64,000 bases of DNA from Clostridia bacterium (GCA_017522795.1 JAFWXZ010000011.1:7131-71130), one strand, 5' to 3'; positions 45,539 to 54,462 are shown, counted from the first letter of the stretch. Notes: a model not told the origin generated them from the sequence alone. Made by a program: numbers and translations.

Positions 45539-45796
45539 GATTTATTTTTATTATTTTTACAAAAAATATAAATGTACTTAAAATATGCACATATTCAAAG
45601 TTTATCTTTTAGCTATTTTGCTGAACAAGCAGCCCCCCTATCATATTAATGTATATCTTAAAAAAATCACCATGTGACAAAAAACGCGATATACGTATAT
45701 ACGTTTTTGACAATGGATATAGAAATAAAGTAAATAATTGTTTACCTTGATTGATTTTCTTTTTTGTAAACTTTCATTTACGTTTTTTGGGTGAAA

Positions 45797-45830
45797 TAAA
45801 AAACAGACGGCCGAAAATCAGCCGCCTGTT
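45797..45830 (-). terminator. Intrinsic terminator after the GGNDQ-repeat gene
   Basis: Minus-sense ACAGGCGGC-tgattttcg-GCCGTCTGT (one G-U pair), followed by TTTTTTATTT. It separates the 45849-49585 operon from the SipW operon. Confidence 0.75.
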
Positions 45831-45848
45831 TCGCGTTATATACTATTA

Positions 45849-47048
45849 TCAGAAGGGATAATCATCGGGGTTTACGCCGTCGGGAATAACGGGCGTACCC
45901 TCAGCGCCGAGGGTGATGCCGAAGAGGTTAGCAAGGTCATTGTACTGCTGCTCCTTTTCGGGATTGGAAGCAATAGCCTCGTTAAGCTTACTTTCGATCT
46001 CAGCCTTGGTCTCCTCGTTCATATTCGCGGTAGCGTCCTGAACGGTGGTGGAGAGGTCCTCGTTGTTGTTTATAGATTCGGTGACGGTATCAAGACATAC
46101 GCTGGAGTTGATAACCGCGTCAACAGACTGAACGAGCTGATCTTCGGTGGTCTCCTCAGGTCTTGTAGCGATGTTTATAAGTCCTGCGAACGCCTCTGCC
46201 TCCTGCTGAACGAACTCGTCTCTTGCCGCCTGCTGCTCCTCCTCGGTTGCGCCTGCGTTAGCCTCGATATTCTGCTGAATACCTGCCTGCAGGTTCTCGT
46301 AGTAGGTGCCTGCCACGTCGAGAATGATCTCGTTCATCTCGTTCTGCTCCTCATCCTCGGGATCCTCGGGCTCTTCCTCGGGAACGAACTCGTCGGGATT
46401 GAAGTCCTCACCGAAATCGCCATCGAAGTTATTATCGAAGTCGGGATCCTCTGCAGGAGGATTATCCTCAGAGCCGCTGTCGCCCGAGCCGCTGTTGCCT
46501 GTAAGGAAGCCCTCAACCATACCAACGAAGAACTCTCTGTTCATATCGTTGAACTCGGGGTCGTTGTTGTCGTACATACCGCCAAGAGCATCAACTGCGG
46601 AGTCGGTGGAAAGTGTGGGAGGATTCTCGGGCTGGTCGTTGCCGCCCTGATCGTTGCCGCCCTGGTCGTTGCCGCCCTGGTCGTTTCCACCCTGATCGTT
46701 GCCGCCCTGGTCGTTGCCGCCCTGGTCATTGCCGCCCTGATCGTTGCCGCCCTGGTCGTTGCCGCCCTGATCGTTGCCACCCTGATCATTGCCGCCCTGG
46801 TCGTTGCCACCCTGGTCATTGCCACCCTGGTCATTACCGCCCTGATCATTGCCGCCCTGGTCGGGGTTGTCGGGATTATCGGGATCCTCGTTGCCACCAA
46901 AATCGGGAAGCACGGGTGCGCTCTCAAGAGCAGACTCGATCTCACCGAGCATTTCTTCTATCTTCATCTCCTGCACGGTCTGGTATCCGCCGAAGCCAAG
47001 GATACCAACGCAGACGACGAAGGATGCAAGCTTAATTAAAAATTTCAT
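45849..47048 (-). CDS. Acidic secreted/anchored protein (399 aa) with 15 tandem GGNDQ pentapeptides
   Basis: GGAGGTG SD, and its ATG overlaps the stop of the upstream gene by 1 nt (the A at 47048). An N-terminal hydrophobic segment is followed by (GGNDQ)x15. The remainder is D/E/N/P-rich and low in complexity. Confidence 0.75.
   Translation of the reverse strand: MKFLIKLASFVVCVGILGFGGYQTVQEMKIEEMLGEIESALESAPVLPDFGGNEDPDNPDNPDQGGNDQGGNDQGGNDQGGNDQGGNDQGGNDQGGNDQGGNDQGGNDQGGNDQGGNDQGGNDQGGNDQGGNDQGGNDQPENPPTLSTDSAVDALGGMYDNNDPEFNDMNREFFVGMVEGFLTGNSGSGDSGSEDNPPAEDPDFDNNFDGDFGEDFNPDEFVPEEEPEDPEDEEQNEMNEIILDVAGTYYENLQAGIQQNIEANAGATEEEQQAARDEFVQQEAEAFAGLINIATRPEETTEDQLVQSVDAVINSSVCLDTVTESINNNEDLSTTVQDATANMNEETKAEIESKLNEAIASNPEKEQQYNDLANLFGITLGAEGTPVIPDGVNPDDYPF
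46632..46856 (-). repeat. 15 head-to-tail 15-bp in-frame repeats (encode GGNDQ)
   Basis: Plus-strand units read CTGRTCRTTNCCRCC. I counted 15 units from 46632 to 46856. Differences between units are confined to synonymous third-codon positions. Confidence 0.9.
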
Positions 47049-49585
47049 TACTGCTCACCTCCAAAGGTAGTGATCGCCCATCTGATGTTGACTGCGATCT
47101 GGTTCATACAATCAGCATAGGACTTATTATTATTCTCAACGATGTTATTGATCTGGAATGCAATAGATGGCTTCATATAAGTAGAGAGCATCTCGTTCTT
47201 TACAAGTCCCTCGATAAGAAGGGGAGGAAGCTGATTGATACAGCTGGTCTGCTTCATAACGTCCATAGTTGCACCGAGAGTACCAAACTGATCTACGAGA
47301 TCAAGCGCGCCCTCTATTCCCTTAGACGTATCCATATTGCCGAGAGAATCCATAAGACCGAGAAGGTCCATAATGATATCTACGCAAAGACGGCTGTCCT
47401 TTGCCTTCTCCTCATCGGTCCAATCGGTGAAGTTGGTAGCCGCAAGCATCTTCTCTACAGTAACCGCGTGGGAAACGAAGCCGTCCTTCGCAAGAATTCT
47501 GTTTGCAACCTCAAGGCTTGCCGCGTCGGCGGTGGAGGAAACGTATGCGTTAAGAATGGTGTAAAGGTTGTCACGGGTGAGCTTTGCGGTGCCGGACTTA
47601 AGAGTAAGCGCGTTAACAACTCCTGCTACGGGAGAGATATAGTCCTTATACTGCTCTCTGTTCTCATCGGTGACAGTGATGATAGTCTTGTTAGTCTTAT
47701 CGTAAATGTAGGTTATACCGTTAATATCAATAGTGAACCAGCCGTAGGTCTTATCCTCGGATGCGTGAGCGAAGGCAGACTGTACCTTCTCCCAATGCGC
47801 AACGTAGGAGGTGAACATCTTGTGACCGGATACCAGAGAGGAGGTTCTGCCGCCGTTCTGCGCTATGGTGTAAACGTAATACTTGATAGTGTTGGACTTG
47901 AACTCTGTTGAATCGCTCTTTACCATCTGGGTGAGAAGCTCATCCATAAAGATATCGTATGCCTCTGCATCGTTTGCAGGGATCTGAAGGGTTTCGCCAA
48001 GGATCTCGATACCGAGCTCAAACGCGCCCTCAACGGTAGGACCGAAGGCGGAGAGACCTGAGATAGCCTCAACCACGTCACCGAGGATCTCCTCGTCCTC
48101 AAGCATAGACTCAAGGTCGGCGTTTCCGGAGATAAGAGCTGCGAGAATTCTACTTTCGGCAAGGACGCCTACTGCGCCGCCGAGAGCCTGAATATCCTTT
48201 TCGATAGTAGCCTTATCAGCGTTCTTGTAGTAGTCTACGAAGTTGTTGATAAGACCGCCCATAAGATCCTCCTCCGCAGGCTCCTCCATCTCAAGATCTG
48301 CGATAACTCCCATAAGAACGTCGGCAAGGAGAGAGGATACCATAGGATCGGAGATGATCGCGTTTACGTCGCCCTTGATAGCGGTGCACTCGGACTTAGC
48401 CGAGGTGATCTGCGCAGCTGCGCTGACGCCGTGGGTGATAATTCCCTTAAGAACATCGTCGGCATAAACAACTGTACCGTTTTCAAGTGTGATCTTACCG
48501 CCTGCGCGGGTGGTATAATTCATAAGTCCCGAAAGACCGATAGCATCGTAGAAGCCTGCAACGAAGCTGTTGCTATAGGGGCCTACTACGTACTCGTTTA
48601 CTACGTCAACGATCTGATATACCTGGCTGTCGTCAGCGTCGGAGGTCTCGATGGGATCGGTTGCCGAGGTGGCAACGCTCATTATGTAGAAGGTGGGCAT
48701 CAGAAGCACCGAGAGAATAAGTACGCCACTGACTACGCCACAGGCGATAGACACGATTCTCTTCCAAGCGCACTCGGGATAAAATACGGGCTTCTTTTTC
48801 TTCTTTTCCTTCTTAGCCTTACCCGGCTTCTCGGGAGCGGGCTCTGCTACGGGAGCAGGCTCTGCGGGAGCTTCCTCCACAGCAGCCACAGGCTCTGCGG
48901 TAGCTTCTTCAGCAGGTGCTTCTTCAGCGGGAGCTTCCTCTGCGGGTGTTTCCTCTGCTTGAGCTTCCTCTGCGGGAGCTTCCTCTGCGGGAGCTTCCTC
49001 TGCGGGTGTTTCCTCTGCGGGAGCTTCCTCTGCGGGTGCTTCCTCTGTCGTTTCCTCTGCGGGAACAACACACTCATCACTCTGCGCACTGCACTCTGCG
49101 CTCTGCACTTCCTCAGCGGGAGCTTCTTCTGTTGCTTCTTCAGCAGGTGCTGCCTCCGCGGGTGCTTCTTCAGCGGGAGCAGGCTCTTCATTCTGCATTT
49201 TGCATTCTGCATTCTGCATTTTCTTCGCCTGGCTCTTCTCAATGCCGCGAACTACGAAGTAGATAACGATTCTGAGAACCCAGAGAATGAGAAGGAAAAC
49301 AAGGACAAAGAGAATGGGGCTGACGAGGGTAGATGCAAGACCGTTGATAAGTCCTGCCGCCGACTCAAGTTCGGGGAGCATAGAGGCAAGGTTGACCATA
49401 TTCAGGACCGTTGCCACTGCGTTCTGGAATACGCCGCCAAGCTGTAATCCAAAGGTGATTAAAAATGATACTACTACCGAACCGAGCCTGAGAGTATTTC
49501 TGAGCATCGACACGGAGAAAGACTTGGTCACGCCCCAGACTATTGCCACGAGGAAGAGTGCCAAGAGAATCCATTGTAAATCCAT
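47048..49585 (-). CDS. CvpA-like polytopic membrane domain fused to a PAEE-rich linker and a large (~570 aa) extracytoplasmic domain of unknown function
   Basis: Start moved to ATG 49583-49585 (GGAGGA SD). The track's start at 49642 lies inside the predicted promoter. The N-terminal ~115 aa resemble the CvpA (colicin V production) family with 3-4 TM segments. An (A/E/P)-rich low-complexity tract, a K-rich stretch and one more TM follow. Confidence 0.7.
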   Translation of the reverse strand: MDLQWILLALFLVAIVWGVTKSFSVSMLRNTLRLGSVVVSFLITFGLQLGGVFQNAVATVLNMVNLASMLPELESAAGLINGLASTLVSPILFVLVFLLILWVLRIVIYFVVRGIEKSQAKKMQNAECKMQNEEPAPAEEAPAEAAPAEEATEEAPAEEVQSAECSAQSDECVVPAEETTEEAPAEEAPAEETPAEEAPAEEAPAEEAQAEETPAEEAPAEEAPAEEATAEPVAAVEEAPAEPAPVAEPAPEKPGKAKKEKKKKKPVFYPECAWKRIVSIACGVVSGVLILSVLLMPTFYIMSVATSATDPIETSDADDSQVYQIVDVVNEYVVGPYSNSFVAGFYDAIGLSGLMNYTTRAGGKITLENGTVVYADDVLKGIITHGVSAAAQITSAKSECTAIKGDVNAIISDPMVSSLLADVLMGVIADLEMEEPAEEDLMGGLINNFVDYYKNADKATIEKDIQALGGAVGVLAESRILAALISGNADLESMLEDEEILGDVVEAISGLSAFGPTVEGAFELGIEILGETLQIPANDAEAYDIFMDELLTQMVKSDSTEFKSNTIKYYVYTIAQNGGRTSSLVSGHKMFTSYVAHWEKVQSAFAHASEDKTYGWFTIDINGITYIYDKTNKTIITVTDENREQYKDYISPVAGVVNALTLKSGTAKLTRDNLYTILNAYVSSTADAASLEVANRILAKDGFVSHAVTVEKMLAATNFTDWTDEEKAKDSRLCVDIIMDLLGLMDSLGNMDTSKGIEGALDLVDQFGTLGATMDVMKQTSCINQLPPLLIEGLVKNEMLSTYMKPSIAFQINNIVENNNKSYADCMNQIAVNIRWAITTFGGEQ

Positions 49586-49614
49586 AATGTCCTCCAAAAT
49601 AAATATTTTTATAC

Positions 49615-49642
49615 ATTTTAAGGATACCACACAAAATGTCAA
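49615..49642 (-). promoter_or_regulatory. Candidate sigma-A promoter of the cvpA-like operon
   Basis: Minus-sense TTGACA (49642-49637), 16-nt spacer, TAAAAT (49620-49615). Confidence 0.5.
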
Positions 49643-49777
49643 ATTGCAAGGTAGTATTCACATTTATTTAAAATAATATGAAATGTTTACTAAAAATGCC
49701 ACGGGCTTTTTGTCAAAAAAGCACCAAAGGGGAATATGCGTCCAAAAAAGTTTACAAGCTATATTTTCTCATACCGC

Positions 49778-49806
49778 TTGCAAAGCAGAGAAAATAGTGC
49801 TACAAT
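49778..49806 (+). promoter_or_regulatory. Candidate sigma-A promoter of tldD/pmbA
   Basis: TTGCAA-17-TACAAT with an extended -10 TG (AGTGCTACAAT). Confidence 0.5.
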
Positions 49807-49842
49807 AAATGCATACAAATTTATTTTCCGGGAGGAAAAGAT

Positions 49843-51246
49843 ATGAGTTTTTCTGAATTTTTGAATTCAAGGCGCCAGGTCTGCCGCGCGCTCGTCAAGG
49901 AGCTTGGCAGAAGCTTTGCCTACGTTGGAATTCTCGGCTCGGACGTCAGGTCCACGGCAATACGCGTAAACCGTGCCACCTCCGACATCGGTGAGGGCGG
50001 TGCTGCCGAGTGCGGCTTTGTTATCAAGATGCATAACGGTCGCGCATTCTTCGAGTATTCTATCGATGATATTTCGGGTGATATCCCCACCCTTGCGGCA
50101 AGGATAACCGAGGCTGTAAGGACCGAGCAGTCGCTTACCGACAGAGAGATCTCCGTCCCCCTGCCAAAGGACACGCCCTTGGTAAAGTCCTTCGAGCGCC
50201 CCTGTGATTTTGAAAGCTTTTCCGACGAGGAGCTGCTGGCAAAATGCGTAGAGATAAGGGATGCTATTCTTGCAAAGAGCGATAAGCTGCTTAACGCCAC
50301 GGTTGCCCTGATGCCCTTCACCGTATCGAAGCTGTTTATTTCAAAGAACCGAGAGCTTGACCAGTTCTACTCCTGGGTGAACGCTATGGCTGTTGCAGTT
50401 TACCGCGAGGGTGAAAAGATGGTTATGGCACGCGAGGGTACATATTCAAACCTTATGGCAGAGGCTATCTCTACCCTGCCCGATCATATTGACAGGCTGG
50501 TGACAAAGTGCGAAAAGCTCGCCACCGCGAAGCCCATCGTACCGGGCGTGTACGACGTTATCACCGATCCTTCGATCTCCGGACTTATCGCCCACGAGGC
50601 ATTCGGTCACGGCGTTGAGATGGATCAGTTCGTAAAGGATCGGGCGCTGGCAAAATATTACCTTGGCAACTACGTTGCCTCCCCGATCTGCAATATGCGT
50701 GACGGCGCGGCGGCAACCTTCTCCACCGCATCCTATTTCTTTGACGACGACGGTGTGCTTGCCCAGGACACGCAGATAATCAAGGACGGAATTCTGGTTT
50801 CGGGCATATCCGACCTGGTATCCGCCACCGAGCTTGGCACCGAGCCTACGGGCAACGGCAGGCGAGAGTCTTATAAGAGAAAGGCGTATTCCAGAATGAC
50901 AAACACCTTCTTCTGCCCGGGAAATGACAAGCTCGAGGATATGATAGCCTCAATAAAGCACGGATATATGCTCTTTGAGACCAACAACGGTATGGAGGAT
51001 CCTAAAAACTGGCAGATCCAATGCACCGCCGAATACGGAATTGAGATAATTGACGGAAAGCTTACCGACAATTACGTTTCTCCCGTGGTTATGAGTGGCT
51101 CCGTTCCCGAGCTGCTCAAGTCCATATCTATGGTTTCGGACGACTTCAAGATCATAGGCTCGGGCTCCTGCGGAAAGGGATATAAGGAATGGGTTCGCGT
51201 TTCGGACGGTGGACCTGCGCTGAAAGTGAGGGTAAAGCTTGCATGA
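49843..51246 (+). CDS. tldD: TldD-family metalloprotease
   Basis: 467 aa. The zinc motif HEAFGH occurs in the context LIAHEAFGHGVEMD. The overall sequence is TldD/PmbA-family. Confidence 0.85.
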   Translation: MSFSEFLNSRRQVCRALVKELGRSFAYVGILGSDVRSTAIRVNRATSDIGEGGAAECGFVIKMHNGRAFFEYSIDDISGDIPTLAARITEAVRTEQSLTDREISVPLPKDTPLVKSFERPCDFESFSDEELLAKCVEIRDAILAKSDKLLNATVALMPFTVSKLFISKNRELDQFYSWVNAMAVAVYREGEKMVMAREGTYSNLMAEAISTLPDHIDRLVTKCEKLATAKPIVPGVYDVITDPSISGLIAHEAFGHGVEMDQFVKDRALAKYYLGNYVASPICNMRDGAAATFSTASYFFDDDGVLAQDTQIIKDGILVSGISDLVSATELGTEPTGNGRRESYKRKAYSRMTNTFFCPGNDKLEDMIASIKHGYMLFETNNGMEDPKNWQIQCTAEYGIEIIDGKLTDNYVSPVVMSGSVPELLKSISMVSDDFKIIGSGSCGKGYKEWVRVSDGGPALKVRVKLA

Positions 51247-52517
51247 GAAACAGAGTAATTAATATATTAAAGAACACCGATGGCATCTCCGACTGGAGAG
51301 TGCTGTCCACCAGGACAGAGTCCACCCAGCTTTTCTTCGTCCACAATAGCCTTGAAACGGTGAGAAGCACCGACACCACCGACGTTAAGGTGACCGTTTA
51401 TCTGCTTCACGATGGGGCGATGGGCGAGGCGACCTTCTCGGTCTATTCCTCCTATGATGACGAAAGGATCGCTGAGGAGATAGAAAAGGCGAGAAAAAAG
51501 GCGAGCATTATTTCAAATAAGCCCTACACCATTCCCGAAAACGAGCAGGGTGAGTATGCCACCGCATCGAATTTTACAAGCTACGCGCCTGCGTCTCTTG
51601 CGGCGAAGATAGCCGACGCCTGCTTTAATGCGGACGATATGGAGGGCGGATCTATCAACGCCCTTGAAATATTCGTATACAAGGATACCGTTTCGGTCAC
51701 TAACAGCCGCGGAATCAATAAAACGCAGGTAAAGCACAGAGCTATGGTTGAGGCGATACCCACCTTTACCGCGGGTGAGAGCGTGGAGCTGTACGAGCAG
51801 TATAACTTCACCGAGTTCGACCGCGACAGAGTGCGCGATGAGATAGCGGTAAAAATGCGTGAGGTTAAGGACAGATACGAGGCGAAGGCTCCTGAAAAGA
51901 AGCTCTGCTGCCCTGTTCTGCTCGGCGCGCCCGAGCTGGAATCGCTCTTCTACAATTTCGCCTACAACCTTAACTTCTCGGCTGTATATCAGCACTCAAA
52001 CGCCTTCTCCGTCGGTGACGATATTCAGAAGGGTGCCAAGGGTGACAAATTCAGCGTGACGATGTGCGGCGCGGTAAAGGGCAGCGTTTCCTCCTCCGCC
52101 TTTGACGCTGACGGCTACACCCTTACCGACAGAAAGATTATTGAGGACGGACGGGCGGTGGCACTCTTCGGCGGTGTGAGATACGCCCAGTATCTCGGCG
52201 AGGTGGCTACGGGTAATCTCGGCTGTATATCGGTGGAGTGCGGCAGCCTTACCGACTATGAAAAAAGAGCTGCGCCCTACTTCCGCTGCGCCTCTATGTC
52301 GGGACTTCAGGTCGATATTTACAACGACTATATCGGCGGCGAGGTTCGCCTCGGCTACTACTTCGACGGTGAAAGGGAGATCCCCGTGACGGGTATATCC
52401 ATCAGCGGCAAGCTGAGCAACGCTATCGCGAATATGCGCCTCTCAAACGAGACCGTCACCTACGAAAGCTACACGGGCCCGAAGTGCGCGCTCCTTGGCG
52501 GAATTGAGATAGTTTAA
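51243..52517 (+). CDS. pmbA: PmbA/TldE-family protein (TldD partner)
   Basis: Start moved to ATG 51243, giving ATGA overlap with the tldD stop. The sequence is TldD/PmbA-family but lacks the HExxxH motif, as expected for the non-catalytic partner. Confidence 0.72.
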   Translation: MRNRVINILKNTDGISDWRVLSTRTESTQLFFVHNSLETVRSTDTTDVKVTVYLLHDGAMGEATFSVYSSYDDERIAEEIEKARKKASIISNKPYTIPENEQGEYATASNFTSYAPASLAAKIADACFNADDMEGGSINALEIFVYKDTVSVTNSRGINKTQVKHRAMVEAIPTFTAGESVELYEQYNFTEFDRDRVRDEIAVKMREVKDRYEAKAPEKKLCCPVLLGAPELESLFYNFAYNLNFSAVYQHSNAFSVGDDIQKGAKGDKFSVTMCGAVKGSVSSSAFDADGYTLTDRKIIEDGRAVALFGGVRYAQYLGEVATGNLGCISVECGSLTDYEKRAAPYFRCASMSGLQVDIYNDYIGGEVRLGYYFDGEREIPVTGISISGKLSNAIANMRLSNETVTYESYTGPKCALLGGIEIV

Positions 52518-52552
52518 TCGGACGTAATTCAGACACATCCGTCGGACACAGA

Positions 52553-52586
52553 AGAAAAAAGGACACTCTAAAAAGTGTCCTTTTTC
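52553..52586. terminator. Bidirectional terminator between convergent pmbA and the XRE gene
   Basis: AAAAAAGGACACT-ctaaaa-AGTGTCCTTTTT. Confidence 0.85.
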
Positions 52587-52588
52587 GT

Positions 52589-54082
52589 TTATTCTTCCTC
52601 TAAGTCTATGATAATGCATAGATGAATAGCGGCTACCACAAGGAGGAAGGTTCCGTATATCCACCATAGCACAATATTTCTCCCTCGGCGACTCGCTCTG
52701 AAGGCAACGATGAATCCGAGAATTTGGCATACAAGCCAAAAAATTCCCACCCCAACATCCTGAAGAAACATCTCCACGGATAACGTTATCATTCCTGCGG
52801 CGCATAATAAAAGAGTGACTATTTTTACAATTCGCTCGAAGGTTTCAATATTCTTTTGTTTTTTCTCGATCTGACCTTCGGATTCAAGATATTTTTTCTT
52901 AATTTTTAAATACAGTAAATGTATCATAGCCACGGGAAACAGAAAAGAGCCGTACATCCACCAACGAATATAACTCCTGTCCATATGCTTCGCAATGTTG
53001 GCAGGAATAAGACCTATAATCAATGCCAATGGCACAAGTATCATTTGAGGAACTAAAAGTGGAGCCACGAAGGCTGCAAACCATATTCCTAATTTTATCC
53101 AATTTGCCTTAGACTTGTCTTTTTCCTCATATATTTCGTTTTTTAACTTGCTTATAAACTCCCTGTACTCTGTCTTTGCTTCCGCATTAATACCGCTGTA
53201 AAGATCAACGTTGATCTCAGGAGCTTTTTCCCCAACTAAAACTGCCGAATTACAAATCAGCGCTTCTATCTTTGTTTTTATTTTTCCTATCCTATCCGCC
53301 ACTCTGTTCCTTAAAATACTGTTAAATATTTCAACATTTGATCTGCTCTGCTCAAAGTACAAATAGGTAACCGCGGTCATTATTTTGAAAGAAAAATCTT
53401 TAATTATGTCGCCATCGTGGAACATAATCGTAAGGTCAATAGGGTAGCTTCCCTGAACTGAAACGGTAGGCATAGATCCTATTCCAATGCCGGCATTACT
53501 TATTCCAAGCATAGTAGAACGGGAGTTGACCACGTTGGTAGCTCCACCATTCAAGCTGATGCTTACAAGATTTTCTATCGGGCAAACGAATTGTATACCA
53601 TTACCATAATAAATACCTATCGTCTGCTGATTACTGTCATAGAAATAAGCAAGAGTCTCTTCCTCACTAAAAAAGCTTATCTCGGTTGCCCCTACTTTTT
53701 TCATATAGCTCTCGGCTAGACTTTTTCTCTTGGAAAATATCACCTTTGACATGGTGTTACGGGAATCTCTTTCCTTTATGTAACCGTGATCTATATCTCC
53801 CTGCATAAGATTCTGCTTATCCCCAAGCAGATAAATAGGTCTGTACGATATCTTTTCATTATCCTTATTGGTATCATATTCCTCTATTGTATCATCAAGA
53901 AGATAATCAAAGGACACAGAAAATATTTTGGCTAAAGCCTTGATTTTGTCAAGCTCAGGAAGGGCGTTTCCTGATTCCCACTTATAAACCGCCTGACGAG
54001 TAACCCCCAGTTGCTGCGCAAGATCATCCTGGGAAAGTCCGTTTTTCTTACGAAGTGTAAAAATCTTTTCTTCAAGCTTCAT
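52589..54082 (-). CDS. Membrane-embedded XRE-family (HTH_3) transcriptional regulator
   Basis: Start moved to MKLEEKIFTLRKKNGLSQDDLAQQLGVTRQAVYKWESGNALP (Cro/C1 HTH). A middle domain of about 230 aa follows. The C-terminal polytopic region has two related units ending in WW[MI]YG[ST]FL..VA.IHL. Confidence 0.75.
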   Translation of the reverse strand: MKLEEKIFTLRKKNGLSQDDLAQQLGVTRQAVYKWESGNALPELDKIKALAKIFSVSFDYLLDDTIEEYDTNKDNEKISYRPIYLLGDKQNLMQGDIDHGYIKERDSRNTMSKVIFSKRKSLAESYMKKVGATEISFFSEEETLAYFYDSNQQTIGIYYGNGIQFVCPIENLVSISLNGGATNVVNSRSTMLGISNAGIGIGSMPTVSVQGSYPIDLTIMFHDGDIIKDFSFKIMTAVTYLYFEQSRSNVEIFNSILRNRVADRIGKIKTKIEALICNSAVLVGEKAPEINVDLYSGINAEAKTEYREFISKLKNEIYEEKDKSKANWIKLGIWFAAFVAPLLVPQMILVPLALIIGLIPANIAKHMDRSYIRWWMYGSFLFPVAMIHLLYLKIKKKYLESEGQIEKKQKNIETFERIVKIVTLLLCAAGMITLSVEMFLQDVGVGIFWLVCQILGFIVAFRASRRGRNIVLWWIYGTFLLVVAAIHLCIIIDLEEE

Positions 54083-54420
54083 TGTATACAGTCTCCTTCG
54101 TTTTGCTGTGATAATTATATCACGGATAAACTCAAAAAACAAGTAACCACAGGTTTTCAATGTGTCAACTTGAGGTTTTTTTACTTATTTTATGCAAAAA
54201 ACAAAGCGTTTTATTGAACAATTCACATTTTTTCGCCTCAACAAACTCAGTGACGATATTAACTTGAAAATAAACGTACAAACTGTTTTCCAAGAAAACA
54301 ACTATAAATAAACATCTGGCGCGATACAAATATATTTTTTTACATTATTGGCTATGTGAAATAAAAAGAGAATGGCAAAGAAATGTAAATTTTTATTTGC
54401 TTTTTATGTTATTTTTTGAT

Positions 54421-54462
54421 AAAAAAAGAAAAAGCTTCGAGGTTTTTCTCGGAGCTTTTTTT
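54421..54462 (-). terminator. Terminator after the GH32 gene
   Basis: AAGCTTCGAG pairs with CTCGGAGCTT (one G-U pair), flanked by an A-run and a T-run. Confidence 0.7.

Noticed and set aside
46632-46856. Possible CRISPR array or minisatellite
   Set aside because: The units are 15 bp, directly abutting with no spacers, and in frame within a coding sequence. No cas genes lie nearby.
46541-47035. ORFs 46541..46945(-) and 46613..47035(+) translating the 15-bp repeat as RAATT... or CRPGR... repeats
   Set aside because: These are alternate frames of the GGNDQ array. Only the GGNDQ frame is part of a long ORF (399 aa) with an SD, an N-terminal hydrophobic segment and synonymous-only variation between units.
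26076-54160. Longer N-terminal extensions offered by the track for several genes (starts at 26076, 28014, 30479, 41306, 43042, 49642, 51189, 54160, and likewise 3087 and 19679)
   Set aside because: The extensions begin at weak or non-ATG codons without an SD. They run through terminators, riboswitch or promoter sequence, or would bury signal peptides. Internal ATGs with GGAGG-type SDs 5-9 nt upstream give canonical N-termini.
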